Shown here: positions 6,753-16,632 of the stretch, piece by piece
Layout: every line of letters starts with the position of its first letter
Position numbering within the stretch: position 1 is the stretch's first letter
From: a virus
Taxonomy: Duplodnaviria > Caudoviricetes
Strand: one strand, 5' to 3'
Virus record (IMG/VR): IMGVR_UViG_3300032218_000484
Location: 1-33,559 of that record
DNA length: 33,559 bases
Notes under the pieces: generated by a model
Told to the model about the DNA's origin: nothing
Seen by the model: the letters and a program-made list of their open reading frames with translations, nothing else
The model's database searches: none
Position numbers and translations under genes: made by a program

Positions 6753-8779
6753 TGGAAAACAATCAATTTGAAGAGCCAAGCGAATCAGACAAAGAACTGG
6801 TTGCTTTTGTGGTTGACCACTGTGAGCGGTGGCGCAACTATCGTGATACCAACTTCCTTGAGGGTTGGTTGGAATACGAGCGTATCTTCCGTGGTGAGTT
6901 TGCTGAGTCTGACCGCACCCGTGGCTCAGAGCGTAGCCAAGTCATCACCCCTGGCACACAGCAGGCCGTGGAGACTCGTCATGCTGAGATCATGGAAGCT
7001 ATCTTTGGTCAAGGTGAATTCTTTGACATTGAGGATGACGTTCAGGACGTAGACGGTTCTCCTATCGATGTGATGAAGATCAAGGAGCAACTCTCTGAGG
7101 ACTTCAAGAAGGACAAGATCCGTAAAGCCATCGACCAGATTGAACTCATGGCTGAGATCTACGGTACTGGTATCGGTGAGATCGTAGTGAAGGCAGAAAA
7201 AGAATATGTACCTTCCACACAACCGATCCCTGGCGTTGTAGGCCAAGCAGCTATCGGTGTGATGGAGAAAGACCGTATCGCTGTCAAGATCATGCCCGTG
7301 AACCCCAAGAACTTCTTGTTTGACCCTAACGGTACAAGCATTGAAGACTGTATGGGTGTCGCCATCGAGAAGTTTGTGTCTATCCACAAGGTTGTTGAAG
7401 GCATGGAGAAGGGTATCTATCGTAAGGTAGACATCAATATCGACCCTGATAATGAAGACCTTGATCCTACCCAAGAGATTACTCAGTTTAAGGACGAGAA
7501 GGTTCGTCTGTTGACCTATTATGGTCTGGTTCCCCGTGAGTATCTGGAACAGATTGAAGAAAAAGAAGGCGTAGTTGAGCTATTCCCTGAAGGTTCAGTG
7601 GCTGAAGACTATTCTGACCTCGTAGAAGCCATCGTTGTGATCGGTAACGAAGGTTTGTTGCTTAAAGCTGAAGCAAATCCTTACATGATGAAGGATCGTC
7701 CTGTTATTTCGTATCAGGATGACACTGTTCCTAACCGCTTGCTGGGTCGTGGCACGGTTGAAAAGGCTTACAATATGCAAAAGGCTGCTGACGCACAGAT
7801 TCGCAGTCATTTGGACTCCTTGGCACTGACCACCTCGCCCATGATTGCTATGGATGCAACTCGTTTGCCCCGTGGCGCTAAGTTTGAGGTCAAACCAGGC
7901 AAGGCTTTGATGGTGAATGGCTCTCCTTCTGACATTCTGTATCCATTTAAGTTCGGTAACACCGATCCTGGCAACCTCCAGACCGCTCAAGTGTTCCAGC
8001 AACTGCTCTTGCAGGCCACTGGTACGCTGGACAGCAACGGTATGGTGTCTCAGGTGGCCCGTGATGCCTCTTCTGGCGGTATTTCGATGGCTGTGGCCTC
8101 GATTATCAAGAAATACAAGCGTACTTTGACCAACTTCCAAGAAGATTTCTTGGTTCCGTTCATCAAAAAAGCCGCATTCCGCTATATGCAGTTCGATCCT
8201 GAGCGTTATCCCTCGGTTGACTTGAACTTTATTCCAACTGCTACCCTTGGTATCATCGCTCGTGAGTACGAACAACAGCAGTTTATTGCTTTGTTGCAGA
8301 CCCTTGGCCCAAATACACCTGTGTTGCCCATCATCATGAAGGGTATTGTGGCTAATAGTAGCTTGTCTAACCGTGCAGAACTGATTACAGCATTGGATCA
8401 GATGAGCCAACCTGACCCACAAGCGCAAGAAGCCCAGCAAATTCAGCAACAACTGGCTTTGCAGGCCGCACAAGCACAGATTGCGGTGCAGACCACTCAA
8501 GCAGAGCAGAATCGTGCTGAAGCCACCAAGACGATGCTAGAGGCTCAGATGATGCCTGAGCAGCTTAAGATTGAAATGATGACTGCTACGACTAAGAATC
8601 TGCCTAACAACGATCAATTAGCTTCACAAGAGTTTGATAAACGTGTTAAAATCGCTGAGTTAATGCTCAAAGAGAAGGATATTGAAAACAAACTTAAAGT
8701 AGTTGAGTTGCAAACCTCTAATAAACAAGAACAAAAACAAAAAGATAATGAGTTCTTGAAAAAAGTTATTGGTGAGTGA
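6752..8779 (+). CDS. portal protein (P22-like, long Q-rich C-terminal helix)
   Basis: Position after terL, 675 aa, GRGTVEK motif, Gln-rich C-terminal coiled coil. Confidence 0.88.
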   Translation: MENNQFEEPSESDKELVAFVVDHCERWRNYRDTNFLEGWLEYERIFRGEFAESDRTRGSERSQVITPGTQQAVETRHAEIMEAIFGQGEFFDIEDDVQDVDGSPIDVMKIKEQLSEDFKKDKIRKAIDQIELMAEIYGTGIGEIVVKAEKEYVPSTQPIPGVVGQAAIGVMEKDRIAVKIMPVNPKNFLFDPNGTSIEDCMGVAIEKFVSIHKVVEGMEKGIYRKVDINIDPDNEDLDPTQEITQFKDEKVRLLTYYGLVPREYLEQIEEKEGVVELFPEGSVAEDYSDLVEAIVVIGNEGLLLKAEANPYMMKDRPVISYQDDTVPNRLLGRGTVEKAYNMQKAADAQIRSHLDSLALTTSPMIAMDATRLPRGAKFEVKPGKALMVNGSPSDILYPFKFGNTDPGNLQTAQVFQQLLLQATGTLDSNGMVSQVARDASSGGISMAVASIIKKYKRTLTNFQEDFLVPFIKKAAFRYMQFDPERYPSVDLNFIPTATLGIIAREYEQQQFIALLQTLGPNTPVLPIIMKGIVANSSLSNRAELITALDQMSQPDPQAQEAQQIQQQLALQAAQAQIAVQTTQAEQNRAEATKTMLEAQMMPEQLKIEMMTATTKNLPNNDQLASQEFDKRVKIAELMLKEKDIENKLKVVELQTSNKQEQKQKDNEFLKKVIGE

Positions 8780-9276
8780 TGAAACTTACTGAAGTTATTG
8801 TTTCCGATGTATCTACAGAAGCAAAGGTAGCCGCTATTGCGGTATTGCTCGACAAAGAGCTACCTAAGCTTGTAGAACAGGTAACTATCGTTCAGAAACT
8901 TGAAGGCCCTCAGGGGCCTCAAGGCGTTCAAGGTCCTCAAGGTGACAAGGGCGATCAGGGTGAGCGCGGAGAACAGGGACTTCCTGGACGGGACGGTAGT
9001 AACGGCATTGATGGCAGAGACGGTAAAGACGGTATCTCTGTTGTTGAAGCTAAGATTGACTTCGATGATTCCCTTGTATTTACTCTTTCTGATGGTTCTT
9101 TGATTAACGTAGGTGAAGTCAAAGGCGAGAAGGGTGATAAAGGTGAACAAGGCCCTCGTGGAGCCGCTGGTATGTCTGGTGTAGGCGGTGGCAATGGCGG
9201 CTTTTATAACATTGATGGTGGTTTATATAATTCAGTCTATGGTGGCACGACTGCTTTAGACGCTGGAGGCCCATAA
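8776..9276 (+). CDS. collagen-repeat (Gly-X-Y) virion protein
   Basis: Two GXY tracts (GPQGPQGVQGPQGDKGDQGERGEQ..., GEKGDKGEQGPRG). Confidence 0.85.
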   Translation: MMKLTEVIVSDVSTEAKVAAIAVLLDKELPKLVEQVTIVQKLEGPQGPQGVQGPQGDKGDQGERGEQGLPGRDGSNGIDGRDGKDGISVVEAKIDFDDSLVFTLSDGSLINVGEVKGEKGDKGEQGPRGAAGMSGVGGGNGGFYNIDGGLYNSVYGGTTALDAGGP

Positions 9277-10833
9277 ATGGCAGTTCAAATACAAATGAGG
9301 CGTGGTACGGCTGCTCAGTGGTCAGCAGCTAATCCTACGCTTGCAGAAGGCGAGATCGGCCTTGAGTTAGATACCCAGAAGTTTAAGATGGGTACAGGCA
9401 CTACTGCTTGGAACTCATTGGGTTATTATACCGCAGGTACTTCTTCAGTTTCTTCTGTAAACGGTCAGACAGGCATTGTTGTTCTCGGTACAGATAACGT
9501 AACTGAAGGTACTACAAATAAATATTACACTGATGCTCGTGCTCGTGCAGCCGTTAGTGCTACTGGTTCCCTTAGTTACAACAGCACCACAGGAGTATTC
9601 TCCTATACTCAGCCCACGAATGTATCTACATTTACTAATGACTCTGGTTATCTAACCTCTTCAGCCATTGGCACAACTGTTCAAGGTTACAATGCTAGTA
9701 CAGTAGTAGATGCTAGTTATGTTCATACTGATAATAACTATACAACAACTGAAAAATCTAAACTTGCCGGTATTGCAGCAGGCGCTGAAGTTAATGTCAA
9801 TGCTGACTGGAATGCTGTTTCTGGTGATGCTCAGATTTTAAACAAGCCTTCTTTAGCTACTGTTGCTACTTCAGGTTCTTATTCTGATCTTTCAGGCACT
9901 CCTTCAATTCCTTCTGCGATCACTATCAAAGATGAAGGAACTACGCTTACTTCTGCTCCTACAAGTATTGATTTTGTAGGCGCTAACGTAACTGCTACTA
10001 ATGTGAGTGGCGCTGTCACGGTTACAATCTCTGGTGGCGGTGGTGGTTCCGGTACTGTTACATCAGTAGGAATGACTGTACCTACAGGTCTTACTGTTAC
10101 TGGCTCACCTATTACAACAAGCGGAACTTTAGCTATTTCTTATGCAACTGGCTATAGCATTCCTACAAACACAAGTCAAACTAACTGGAACACTGCTTAT
10201 GGATGGGGAAACCACGCTTCTGCTGGTTATGCTGTCGCTAGTAATAATCTTTCTGATTTAACCAACGCATCTACGGCTAGGACCAATCTTGGTTTAGGTA
10301 CAATGGCTACTGCTAACACCAGTAGTTATACTGTTACAGGCTCTGATACTACATACGCCTATCGTGCTAACAACCTTTCAGACCTCGCCAGTGCTTCAAC
10401 AGCACGTACTAACTTAGGTTTGGGCACAGCAGCTACAATGACTGGCCCCAGTGGTACGATTGTAGGTACAACAGATACTCAGACACTAAGCGGTAAAACA
10501 CTTACAGGAACGAAAGAAACTGTATTTGCAATCACTGATGCTGCTGCTTTTGAGATTAATCCTGCTAACGGTGGTATTCAAACAATTACTTTGGGTGCAA
10601 ATCGAACACCAAAAGGAACTAACTTTGTTGCTGGTCAATCAGTAACATTGATGATTACAGCAGGAGCTTTTAGTATTACATGGACTGATACAACTTTTGG
10701 AACTTCCGGTGTTAAATGGGTGGGCGCTTCTGCTCCAGGTTCAGCACCTACGCTTTCTTCTTCAGCAGTGTCTATTGTGGAATTGTGGGAAGTTGGTACA
10801 CAAGTTTATGGTGCTTTTGTTGGGGTTGCGTAA
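9277..10833 (+). CDS. tail fibre protein (Mtd-like N-terminal domain, S/T/G-rich shaft)
   Basis: N-terminus IQMRRGTAAQW..NPTLAEGEIGLELDT; VSSVNG; repeated NNLSDL..ASTARTNLGLG. Confidence 0.85.
   Translation: MAVQIQMRRGTAAQWSAANPTLAEGEIGLELDTQKFKMGTGTTAWNSLGYYTAGTSSVSSVNGQTGIVVLGTDNVTEGTTNKYYTDARARAAVSATGSLSYNSTTGVFSYTQPTNVSTFTNDSGYLTSSAIGTTVQGYNASTVVDASYVHTDNNYTTTEKSKLAGIAAGAEVNVNADWNAVSGDAQILNKPSLATVATSGSYSDLSGTPSIPSAITIKDEGTTLTSAPTSIDFVGANVTATNVSGAVTVTISGGGGGSGTVTSVGMTVPTGLTVTGSPITTSGTLAISYATGYSIPTNTSQTNWNTAYGWGNHASAGYAVASNNLSDLTNASTARTNLGLGTMATANTSSYTVTGSDTTYAYRANNLSDLASASTARTNLGLGTAATMTGPSGTIVGTTDTQTLSGKTLTGTKETVFAITDAAAFEINPANGGIQTITLGANRTPKGTNFVAGQSVTLMITAGAFSITWTDTTFGTSGVKWVGASAPGSAPTLSSSAVSIVELWEVGTQVYGAFVGVA
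10243..10437 (+). repeat. two 23-aa fibre repeats, 126-nt period
   Basis: NNLSDLTNASTARTNLGLGTMAT (10243) and NNLSDLASASTARTNLGLGTAAT (10369). Confidence 0.85.
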
Positions 10834-11537
10834 TGCTTAGTCATGCTTTAAAAGCAATTCAAAGAGCCGCAGGAACAATAACTGTTTCTTTTGTAGCCTC
10901 GGCTACTGGAGGTGCTTCAGCATCTAGGGCTACAACAACAAGTGTGACTATACCTGCAACAACTCAAACTAATGATATTATTTTCTTATTTGCAGAAATT
11001 GGTGATTCAGCAACAGCAACGGCTCCTACAATTACAACACCGACAGGATATACTCTAATTAATAGCGCAGCAGGAACTAATATTGCTGCGGCAGACTCAG
11101 ATAGATCTTCTTTATTTTATAAAGTTGCTGTTTCTGGCGATGCAGGTTCTACTCTTACAGTAACACACGCTTCAGGTGATTATAGATCTTTAATTATAGC
11201 AGTATTTAGAACAACAAAAGGGTCTGCTCCAACTGTTACTAATTCAAGCATTAATTCATACGGTGTTGTTACTGCATCTGGAACTGCTGCTAATCCTTCT
11301 AATCAAACAGTAACATCAAGTTCTGGTGCAGTTCCTTTGATTGTTTTTGGAGCATACGTGAATACAGCTACAAGAACTTTTTCACCGACTCAAGATGCTG
11401 AATTAACAAATGCTTCTGTTTCTGGAAGGGTATTAAGATACAAAATATATAATGCTTCTCCAGCAAACGTAACTGTAGGAGCAACTACTACAAGTACAGC
11501 GGTAGTTTTACAATCTTTTTATATGGCTTTATCATGA
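10833..11537 (+). CDS. putative receptor-binding/fibre-tip protein; start MLSHALK
   Basis: TAATG coupling to the fibre gene; T/S/A-rich, beta-type composition; AT-rich codons. Confidence 0.65.
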   Translation: MLSHALKAIQRAAGTITVSFVASATGGASASRATTTSVTIPATTQTNDIIFLFAEIGDSATATAPTITTPTGYTLINSAAGTNIAAADSDRSSLFYKVAVSGDAGSTLTVTHASGDYRSLIIAVFRTTKGSAPTVTNSSINSYGVVTASGTAANPSNQTVTSSSGAVPLIVFGAYVNTATRTFSPTQDAELTNASVSGRVLRYKIYNASPANVTVGATTTSTAVVLQSFYMALS

Positions 11538-11779
11538 TTTATGCAATTATTAGTAATCAAAAAATTATAAAGTATCCTGTTATTCTTTCAGAAGAATTTC
11601 CTAATACTTCTTTTTCAGATGTTCCAAATAAAGAATCTTTAGTTGAATTTGGAATAATTATTGTTAAAGAAATGCCTACGCCTGATTTCAATGCGGAAAC
11701 ACATACTATTGAAGAAAGTGAACCTATTTTGATTGATGATGAATGGGTACAAAGTTGGAAAATAAATTCACTTGTTTAA
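11534..11779 (+). CDS. putative tail-fibre assembly chaperone
   Basis: 81 aa after the fibre genes; FPNTSF...P.F..ETH...P......WVQSW pattern typical of fibre-associated small proteins. Confidence 0.55.
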   Translation: MIYAIISNQKIIKYPVILSEEFPNTSFSDVPNKESLVEFGIIIVKEMPTPDFNAETHTIEESEPILIDDEWVQSWKINSLV

Positions 11780-11789
11780 GCATAAACTA

Positions 11790-11818
11790 TTGACAAAATA
11801 GTATTTATTTGTTAAGCT
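11790..11818 (+). promoter_or_regulatory. sigma70-type promoter for head genes
   Basis: TTGACA-N17-TAAGCT with TGn; intergenic. Confidence 0.6.
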
Positions 11819-11846
11819 TCTAGCTTATTAACTATAGGTTCTCCAA

Positions 11847-12080
11847 ATGGACAAAGAACTACAGACATGGTATGAAAATCAATTTGACTTAATGTCTCGT
11901 CAGGGATGGTCAGATTTAATTGAGAAACTAACAGAAGTTAAGACCCACGCTAACGATCTGTCTACTGTTCCAAACGAACAACAATTGTATTATCGTCAAG
12001 GACAGTTAGAGATCATTAACTGGATTTTAAACTGGAAAAGTACGTGTGAGAAGGTTTACGAGGATATTCAGAATGGCTAA
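11847..12080 (+). CDS. hypothetical head-module protein (77 aa)
   Basis: ORF track; GW...YRQGQL pattern typical of genes preceding podovirus scaffolds. Confidence 0.75.
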   Translation: MDKELQTWYENQFDLMSRQGWSDLIEKLTEVKTHANDLSTVPNEQQLYYRQGQLEIINWILNWKSTCEKVYEDIQNG

Positions 12081-12306
12081 ACGCTTTTATGATTTTCTTT
12101 GTAAGAATGACCACACAACTGAAGCTTTCGTAGACACTGAATGTAGAACAGTAAACTGTAAAGTCTGTTCTGAATCAGCAGAACGAATAATTTCAGGCAC
12201 TGCAATTAACCTTGAAGGATGGTCAGGAAGTTTTCCTGGAGCTGCCAATAAATTTGACAGTCGACATCGTGAAAAGTTAAAAGCAGAGCAAAAGGCGAAC
12301 TCATAA
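12073..12306 (+). CDS. FmdB-like zinc-ribbon protein; start MAKRFYDFLC
   Basis: Y.F.CxxxH...CxxC...RIIS pattern; GAGGA upstream. Confidence 0.75.
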   Translation: MAKRFYDFLCKNDHTTEAFVDTECRTVNCKVCSESAERIISGTAINLEGWSGSFPGAANKFDSRHREKLKAEQKANS

Positions 12307-12372
12307 ACACGAAAGGTGTCGGGTTCATTTGATTATCCTAAAACCCGTAGAGGGCAGGAAAAGGAAAGAAGT

Positions 12373-13122
12373 ATGTTGATTGATGACGATAATGAGACTC
12401 TTAGTGAGTTTGACGCAGTAGAGCAGAAACAAGCTGAAGATACTACCGCAGTAGAGATTCCAGATAAATACCGGAACAAATCTCTAGATGATATTATCAA
12501 GATGCACCAAGAGGCTGAAAAGCTTATTGGCAGGCAGGCTCAAGAAGTAGGAGAGATCCGAAAACTGACTGATGAACTGATTAAGAACAACCTTAAATCC
12601 ACACCTCAAGATACTCAAGTAGAACCGGAAGTTGATTTCTTTGAGAATCCTCAGAAGGCTATTCAAAAGACAGTTGAATCACATCCTGACGTTCTTGCTG
12701 CACGACAAGCTGCACAAGAGTTTAAGAAGATGCAGATTCAGCAAAAGCTGGCTCAATCACACCCAGACTTCTCTGAAGTTGTGCAAGATCCAGGATTTGC
12801 AGAATGGATTAAAGGTTCTAGTGTACGTATTGGTCTTTATACCAAAGCTGACACTGAATATGATTTTGATTCTGCTAATGAATTGCTTTCTACCTACAAA
12901 CAACTCAAGGGCGTTAAGGCTAAACAGACGGAGGAAGCTGGCGAAGCTACCCGTAAACAGAACCTTAAAGCTGTGGCAGTTGATGCAGGCGGAACAGGGG
13001 AAGCATCTAAACGAGTCTACAGGCGTGCTGACCTTATTCGGCTCAAAATGACTGATCCTCAACGCTATGAAGCACTATCCGATGAGATTATGCAAGCATA
13101 CGCTGAGAATCGTGTGAAATAA
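12373..13122 (+). CDS. capsid scaffolding protein; start MLIDDD
   Basis: Acidic helical protein directly upstream of the capsid; IPDKY..KS motif; AAGGA SD. Confidence 0.8.
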   Translation: MLIDDDNETLSEFDAVEQKQAEDTTAVEIPDKYRNKSLDDIIKMHQEAEKLIGRQAQEVGEIRKLTDELIKNNLKSTPQDTQVEPEVDFFENPQKAIQKTVESHPDVLAARQAAQEFKKMQIQQKLAQSHPDFSEVVQDPGFAEWIKGSSVRIGLYTKADTEYDFDSANELLSTYKQLKGVKAKQTEEAGEATRKQNLKAVAVDAGGTGEASKRVYRRADLIRLKMTDPQRYEALSDEIMQAYAENRVK

Positions 13123-13145
13123 TCTACAATTTTTGGAGTAATTAA

Positions 13146-14129
13146 ATGGCTAATACAGCTTTCGCCCCTAATAACAATACAACCGTCTCTACTGCGGATA
13201 AATTCATCCCAGAGATTTGGTCTGATGAAATCATTGCTGCGTACAAGAAGAACTTGGTTCTGGCTAACGTGGTTAAGCGCATGAACTTTAAAGGTAAGAA
13301 GGGTGACGTTGTTCACATTCCTACCCCTGTTCGTGGTTCTGCTTCGCTCAAAGTGGCTACCGATGCAGTTAAACTGATCGTTAACACTGAAGGCGACACC
13401 TTGGTGAACATCAACAAGCACTATGAATATAGCCGCTTGATCGAGGACATCGTGCAAGTGCAAGCTCTGAACAGCCTGCGTGGTTTCTACACTGAAGACG
13501 CTGGCTACGCTCTGGCTCGTCAGGTGGACACCGATCTGGTTCGTTTGGGCCGTTCGTTCAATGGCGCTACTGTCGGTACTAACGACTACGCTACTTCTGC
13601 TGCTAGCACCAAAGCTTTTATCGGCTCTGACGGTACTACTGCTTATAACAGCACTAGCTCTAACGCTGCTGCTTTGACTGATGCTGCTATCCGCCGTACC
13701 ATTCAGCGTCTGGACGACAACGATGTGCCTATGGACGGTCGTTTCTTCCTGATCCCTCCTTCAAGCCGTAACACCTTGATGGGTCTGGCTCGTTACACTG
13801 AGCAAGCCTTCGTTGGTGAAGCTGGTGGCAACAACACCATCCGTAACGGCGAGATCGGTAACCTGTACGGTATGCCCGTGTTCGTTAGCTCGAACGCTGA
13901 CTTCGGTGCTGGTAACTCTGGCGCTGACCGTATCGCTCTGATGGGCCACAAGGACTCTATGGTTCTGGTGGAGCAACAAGGCGTTCGTGCCCAGACTCAG
14001 TACAAACAGGAATACCTGGGTACTTTGTTCACCTCGGACACCATCTACGGTGTGCAAGCTCTGCGTACATCGGCTACCGCTGGTGCTGCTAACGCTTCCG
14101 CAGCGTTTGCTCTGGCTGTTCCAGCCTAA
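13146..14129 (+). CDS. major capsid protein (HK97 fold)
   Basis: FIPEIWS..., GDVVHIP, LDDNDVP..GR, G.IG.LYGMPVFVS; highly biased codons; followed by a terminator. Confidence 0.95.
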   Translation: MANTAFAPNNNTTVSTADKFIPEIWSDEIIAAYKKNLVLANVVKRMNFKGKKGDVVHIPTPVRGSASLKVATDAVKLIVNTEGDTLVNINKHYEYSRLIEDIVQVQALNSLRGFYTEDAGYALARQVDTDLVRLGRSFNGATVGTNDYATSAASTKAFIGSDGTTAYNSTSSNAAALTDAAIRRTIQRLDDNDVPMDGRFFLIPPSSRNTLMGLARYTEQAFVGEAGGNNTIRNGEIGNLYGMPVFVSSNADFGAGNSGADRIALMGHKDSMVLVEQQGVRAQTQYKQEYLGTLFTSDTIYGVQALRTSATAGAANASAAFALAVPA

Positions 14130-14137
14130 TTGAAGTT

Positions 14138-14171
14138 ACTCCCCTGCTCACAAGGCGGGGGAGTCTTCTTT
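14138..14171 (+). terminator. intrinsic terminator after the capsid gene
   Basis: ACTCCCCTGC/GCGGGGGAGT stem followed by CTTCTTT. Confidence 0.75.
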
Positions 14172-14181
14172 GGAGACTATT

Positions 14182-14385
14182 ATGGCAGTATATCGTTGTT
14201 TGCAAAGTGGTAACACTGTTGAATTCATGCTTCCTCACGACATTGAATCAATGAAGGGACACACTGGTTATGTCCGTATTGATGTAGAAGAGGTTGTAAA
14301 CGAAGATATAACTAATTCAATTCGTTTTAATCCTGTGGTTAACACACCTAAGCAGGGCCGTCCAAGGAAATCTGCAAATGTCTGA
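14182..14385 (+). CDS. hypothetical protein with C-terminal GRPRK; start MAVYRC
   Basis: GGAG SD 7 nt upstream of the ATG at 14182. Confidence 0.7.
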   Translation: MAVYRCLQSGNTVEFMLPHDIESMKGHTGYVRIDVEEVVNEDITNSIRFNPVVNTPKQGRPRKSANV

Positions 14386-14584
14386 GATTGACCCCCGAGA
14401 GTTTGGTAAGCTAGAGGCACAAGTTGAAGCACTTCAGAACGATGTTCAATGCCTTAGCAAAGACGTTAAATGCCTGCTAGAACTTGCTAATCGATCTAAG
14501 GGTGGGTTCTGGATGGGTATGACCATTGCCTCCGCTGTAGGGGGCTTTGCCACATTTATTCTTGATAAGGTACTGATGCGATGA
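14378..14584 (+). CDS. coiled-coil + single-TM protein (XhlA/holin-like)
   Basis: Heptad N-terminal half, then GGFWMGMTIASAVGGFATFIL. Confidence 0.65.
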   Translation: MSEIDPREFGKLEAQVEALQNDVQCLSKDVKCLLELANRSKGGFWMGMTIASAVGGFATFILDKVLMR

Positions 14585-14991
14585 ATGAAGGGCTTCTCTC
14601 CGGTAAGGTGTGTCCTGTAGCTACGCAAGACATTCAGGTTAACCTTAAGAACCGTAACAATGCTTTTAAAGAGTTTGGTTATGGTCCTCCTGATCCTTCG
14701 TTACCTAACGATGTGTTCTGGATTAAGAAAGCAAAGATGTATAACGCACCCACAGATGCAGTCAAAGAGATGCGCTGTGGTAACTGTGCTGCATTTATTC
14801 AAACCCCCTCCATGCTTGAGTGCATCAAGACTGGCATTGAAGGCGGTGATGAAGTAAAGAATCAATTGGCTTATGAGGATCAATTCATGGAAGCTGCTAA
14901 TCTTGGCTTCTGTGAACTCTTTCATTTTGTTTGTGCTGGTTCCCGCACCTGCGATGCGTGGAAGTCCGGTGGTCCTATTACTGAGGAATAA
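14581..14991 (+). CDS. Cys-rich hypothetical protein (CGNC...C...C...C..W)
   Basis: ORF track; ATGA overlap. Confidence 0.75.
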   Translation: MNEGLLSGKVCPVATQDIQVNLKNRNNAFKEFGYGPPDPSLPNDVFWIKKAKMYNAPTDAVKEMRCGNCAAFIQTPSMLECIKTGIEGGDEVKNQLAYEDQFMEAANLGFCELFHFVCAGSRTCDAWKSGGPITEE

Positions 14992-14993
14992 TC

Positions 14994-15362
14994 ATGGCTG
15001 TTAATGCTGCTGGTGAACTGGTTGGAATGTTGTTTGGTGCTCGTAACATTGCACACACTATCCACCTCAAGACTACCTCTTTTGCAGAGCATAAAACTCT
15101 GGAAGAGTTCTATTCTAATATTATTCCCTTGGCTGATAACTTTGCACAGCAGTACCAGGGTCGTTATAACATTCGTTTAGAGATCCCTGTTGTACCTAAC
15201 AAATACAAAGGTACTATCTCTGAGGTTCTCCGTGCTCAGATGGAGTGGATTGAGGGTAATCGACAAACCATTGCTCCACGTACTGAGACTTCTTTGCACA
15301 ATGTTATTGATGAGATCGTTGGTCTGTATCAGAACATTCTGTATCAACTCACACTTAAGTAA
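14994..15362 (+). CDS. ferritin/Dps-like four-helix protein (DUF5856-like)
   Basis: H..HL.T.SFAEH..L.EFY......D resembles the Dps metal-site pattern. Confidence 0.65.
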   Translation: MAVNAAGELVGMLFGARNIAHTIHLKTTSFAEHKTLEEFYSNIIPLADNFAQQYQGRYNIRLEIPVVPNKYKGTISEVLRAQMEWIEGNRQTIAPRTETSLHNVIDEIVGLYQNILYQLTLK

Positions 15363-15371
15363 GGATTTACC

Positions 15372-15536
15372 ATGAAGAAACCTACAATGGCTGACAAGAA
15401 GATGAGCAAAGTTATGACTGAGTACAAAGAAGGTAAACTGCACTCAGGTAGCAAGAAAGGTCCAATGGTGACCTCACGTAAGCAAGCCGTAGCAATTGCT
15501 CTTAGCGAAGCTGGTAAAGCAAAGAAACGTAAATAA
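15372..15536 (+). CDS. small basic protein (DUF6496-like, 54 aa)
   Basis: Hand translation KVMTEYKEGKLHSGSKKGPMVTSRKQAVAIALSEA; AAGGA SD. Confidence 0.8.
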   Translation: MKKPTMADKKMSKVMTEYKEGKLHSGSKKGPMVTSRKQAVAIALSEAGKAKKRK

Positions 15537-15538
15537 TC

Positions 15539-16201
15539 ATGGCTCTCTCAACCTATCTTTCGATAGTGAACGATGTTCTGGTTCGCCTTCGTGAGCCAGC
15601 GGTCACCTCTGTCAGTGACAATTCCCTGTCTTCATTGATAGGTAGATTTGTCAATGATGCTAAACGCCAGATTGCTGATGCGTATGATTGGGATGCGTTT
15701 AATAGCGCAGTAACAGTCGCTACTGTAGCTAATCAGGTTGGTGGATATAGTCTTACTGGTGCTGGTCGCCGCTTTAAGATTATGGATGTTATCAATACAA
15801 CAAACTATTATCAGTTAACACCATTATCACACGCAGATCATGACAGCTTCTACTATACAACTTCCTCGCCTGTCAAGACACAACCTACATATTTTACCAT
15901 GCAGGGTGTTGATAGCAACGGAGATACTCAGATTAAGTTCTGGCCTGTTCCTGATGCTGCGTACAACATTCGGTTCAGTCTGATTGTTCCAGAAGAAGAC
16001 TTCTCTGCTGATACAGACACAACTAAATTGGCTAAAGAACCTATCGTATTGAATGCCTATGCTCGTGCCTTGGTGGAGCGTGGTGAAGACGGTGGTTTGT
16101 CTAGTTCAGAGGCTTATGCGTTGGCTAGGTCTGCTATGTCTGACCTGATTGCTTTGGAGTTGGCCCGTTCACCTGAAAACGATTCTTTCCAGGCAGTGTA
16201 A
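15539..16201 (+). CDS. head-tail adaptor / tail tubular protein A
   Basis: TYL.IVN.VL.RLRE...FVNDAKR....DW pattern; size and position. Confidence 0.8.
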   Translation: MALSTYLSIVNDVLVRLREPAVTSVSDNSLSSLIGRFVNDAKRQIADAYDWDAFNSAVTVATVANQVGGYSLTGAGRRFKIMDVINTTNYYQLTPLSHADHDSFYYTTSSPVKTQPTYFTMQGVDSNGDTQIKFWPVPDAAYNIRFSLIVPEEDFSADTDTTKLAKEPIVLNAYARALVERGEDGGLSSSEAYALARSAMSDLIALELARSPENDSFQAV

Positions 16202-16632
16202 TGGCACAGGTACTTTCTTGTTCCAACTGTAAAGAAGAAAAGGATGAAAGTCTTTTTCCTAAAGCAACAGGAAAATCTAGAGGATATGCGTGGGTCTGTA
16301 AATCTTGTAAAAAGACTAAAAGAGAAGAAAAACGATCACAAATGCCTCATGAAGATTGGCTATTACAAAATAGAAAATATTGGCTAAAAACAAAATATAA
16401 TTTGACTTTAGAAGAATATAACGATAAACTTTTAGAACAAAAGCATCAATGCGCTATTTGTTTTGCAGATGAAATAAATGTTTTTAAAGGTTTATTATTT
16501 GTTGACCATTGCCATACTACAGGTAAAGTAAGAGGACTTCTTTGCCACCATTGTAACACAGCTTTAGGTAAGTTTAAAGACTCTGAACAAATCCTAAATA
16601 ATGCTATAAACTATCTGGAGCAACACAAATGA
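16201..16632 (+). CDS. endonuclease VII-family (His-Me finger) free-standing endonuclease
   Basis: CAIC...VDHCHTTGKVRGLLCHHCNTALG; N-terminal CxxC pairs; AT-rich. Confidence 0.9.
   Translation: MAQVLSCSNCKEEKDESLFPKATGKSRGYAWVCKSCKKTKREEKRSQMPHEDWLLQNRKYWLKTKYNLTLEEYNDKLLEQKHQCAICFADEINVFKGLLFVDHCHTTGKVRGLLCHHCNTALGKFKDSEQILNNAINYLEQHK

Noticed and set aside
6926-8500. Long antisense ORFs (182 and 301 aa; likewise 19164..19916 and 13065..13463)
   Set aside because: Shadows of codon-biased sense genes; no SD or motifs
9277-11537. Diversity-generating retroelement suggested by the Mtd-like N-terminus
   Set aside because: No reverse transcriptase and no template/variable repeat pair seen
14100-14385. 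Capsid frameshift or readthrough extension
   Set aside because: Capsid ends in TAA with no slippery heptamer noticed, followed by a terminator; the next gene has its own SD
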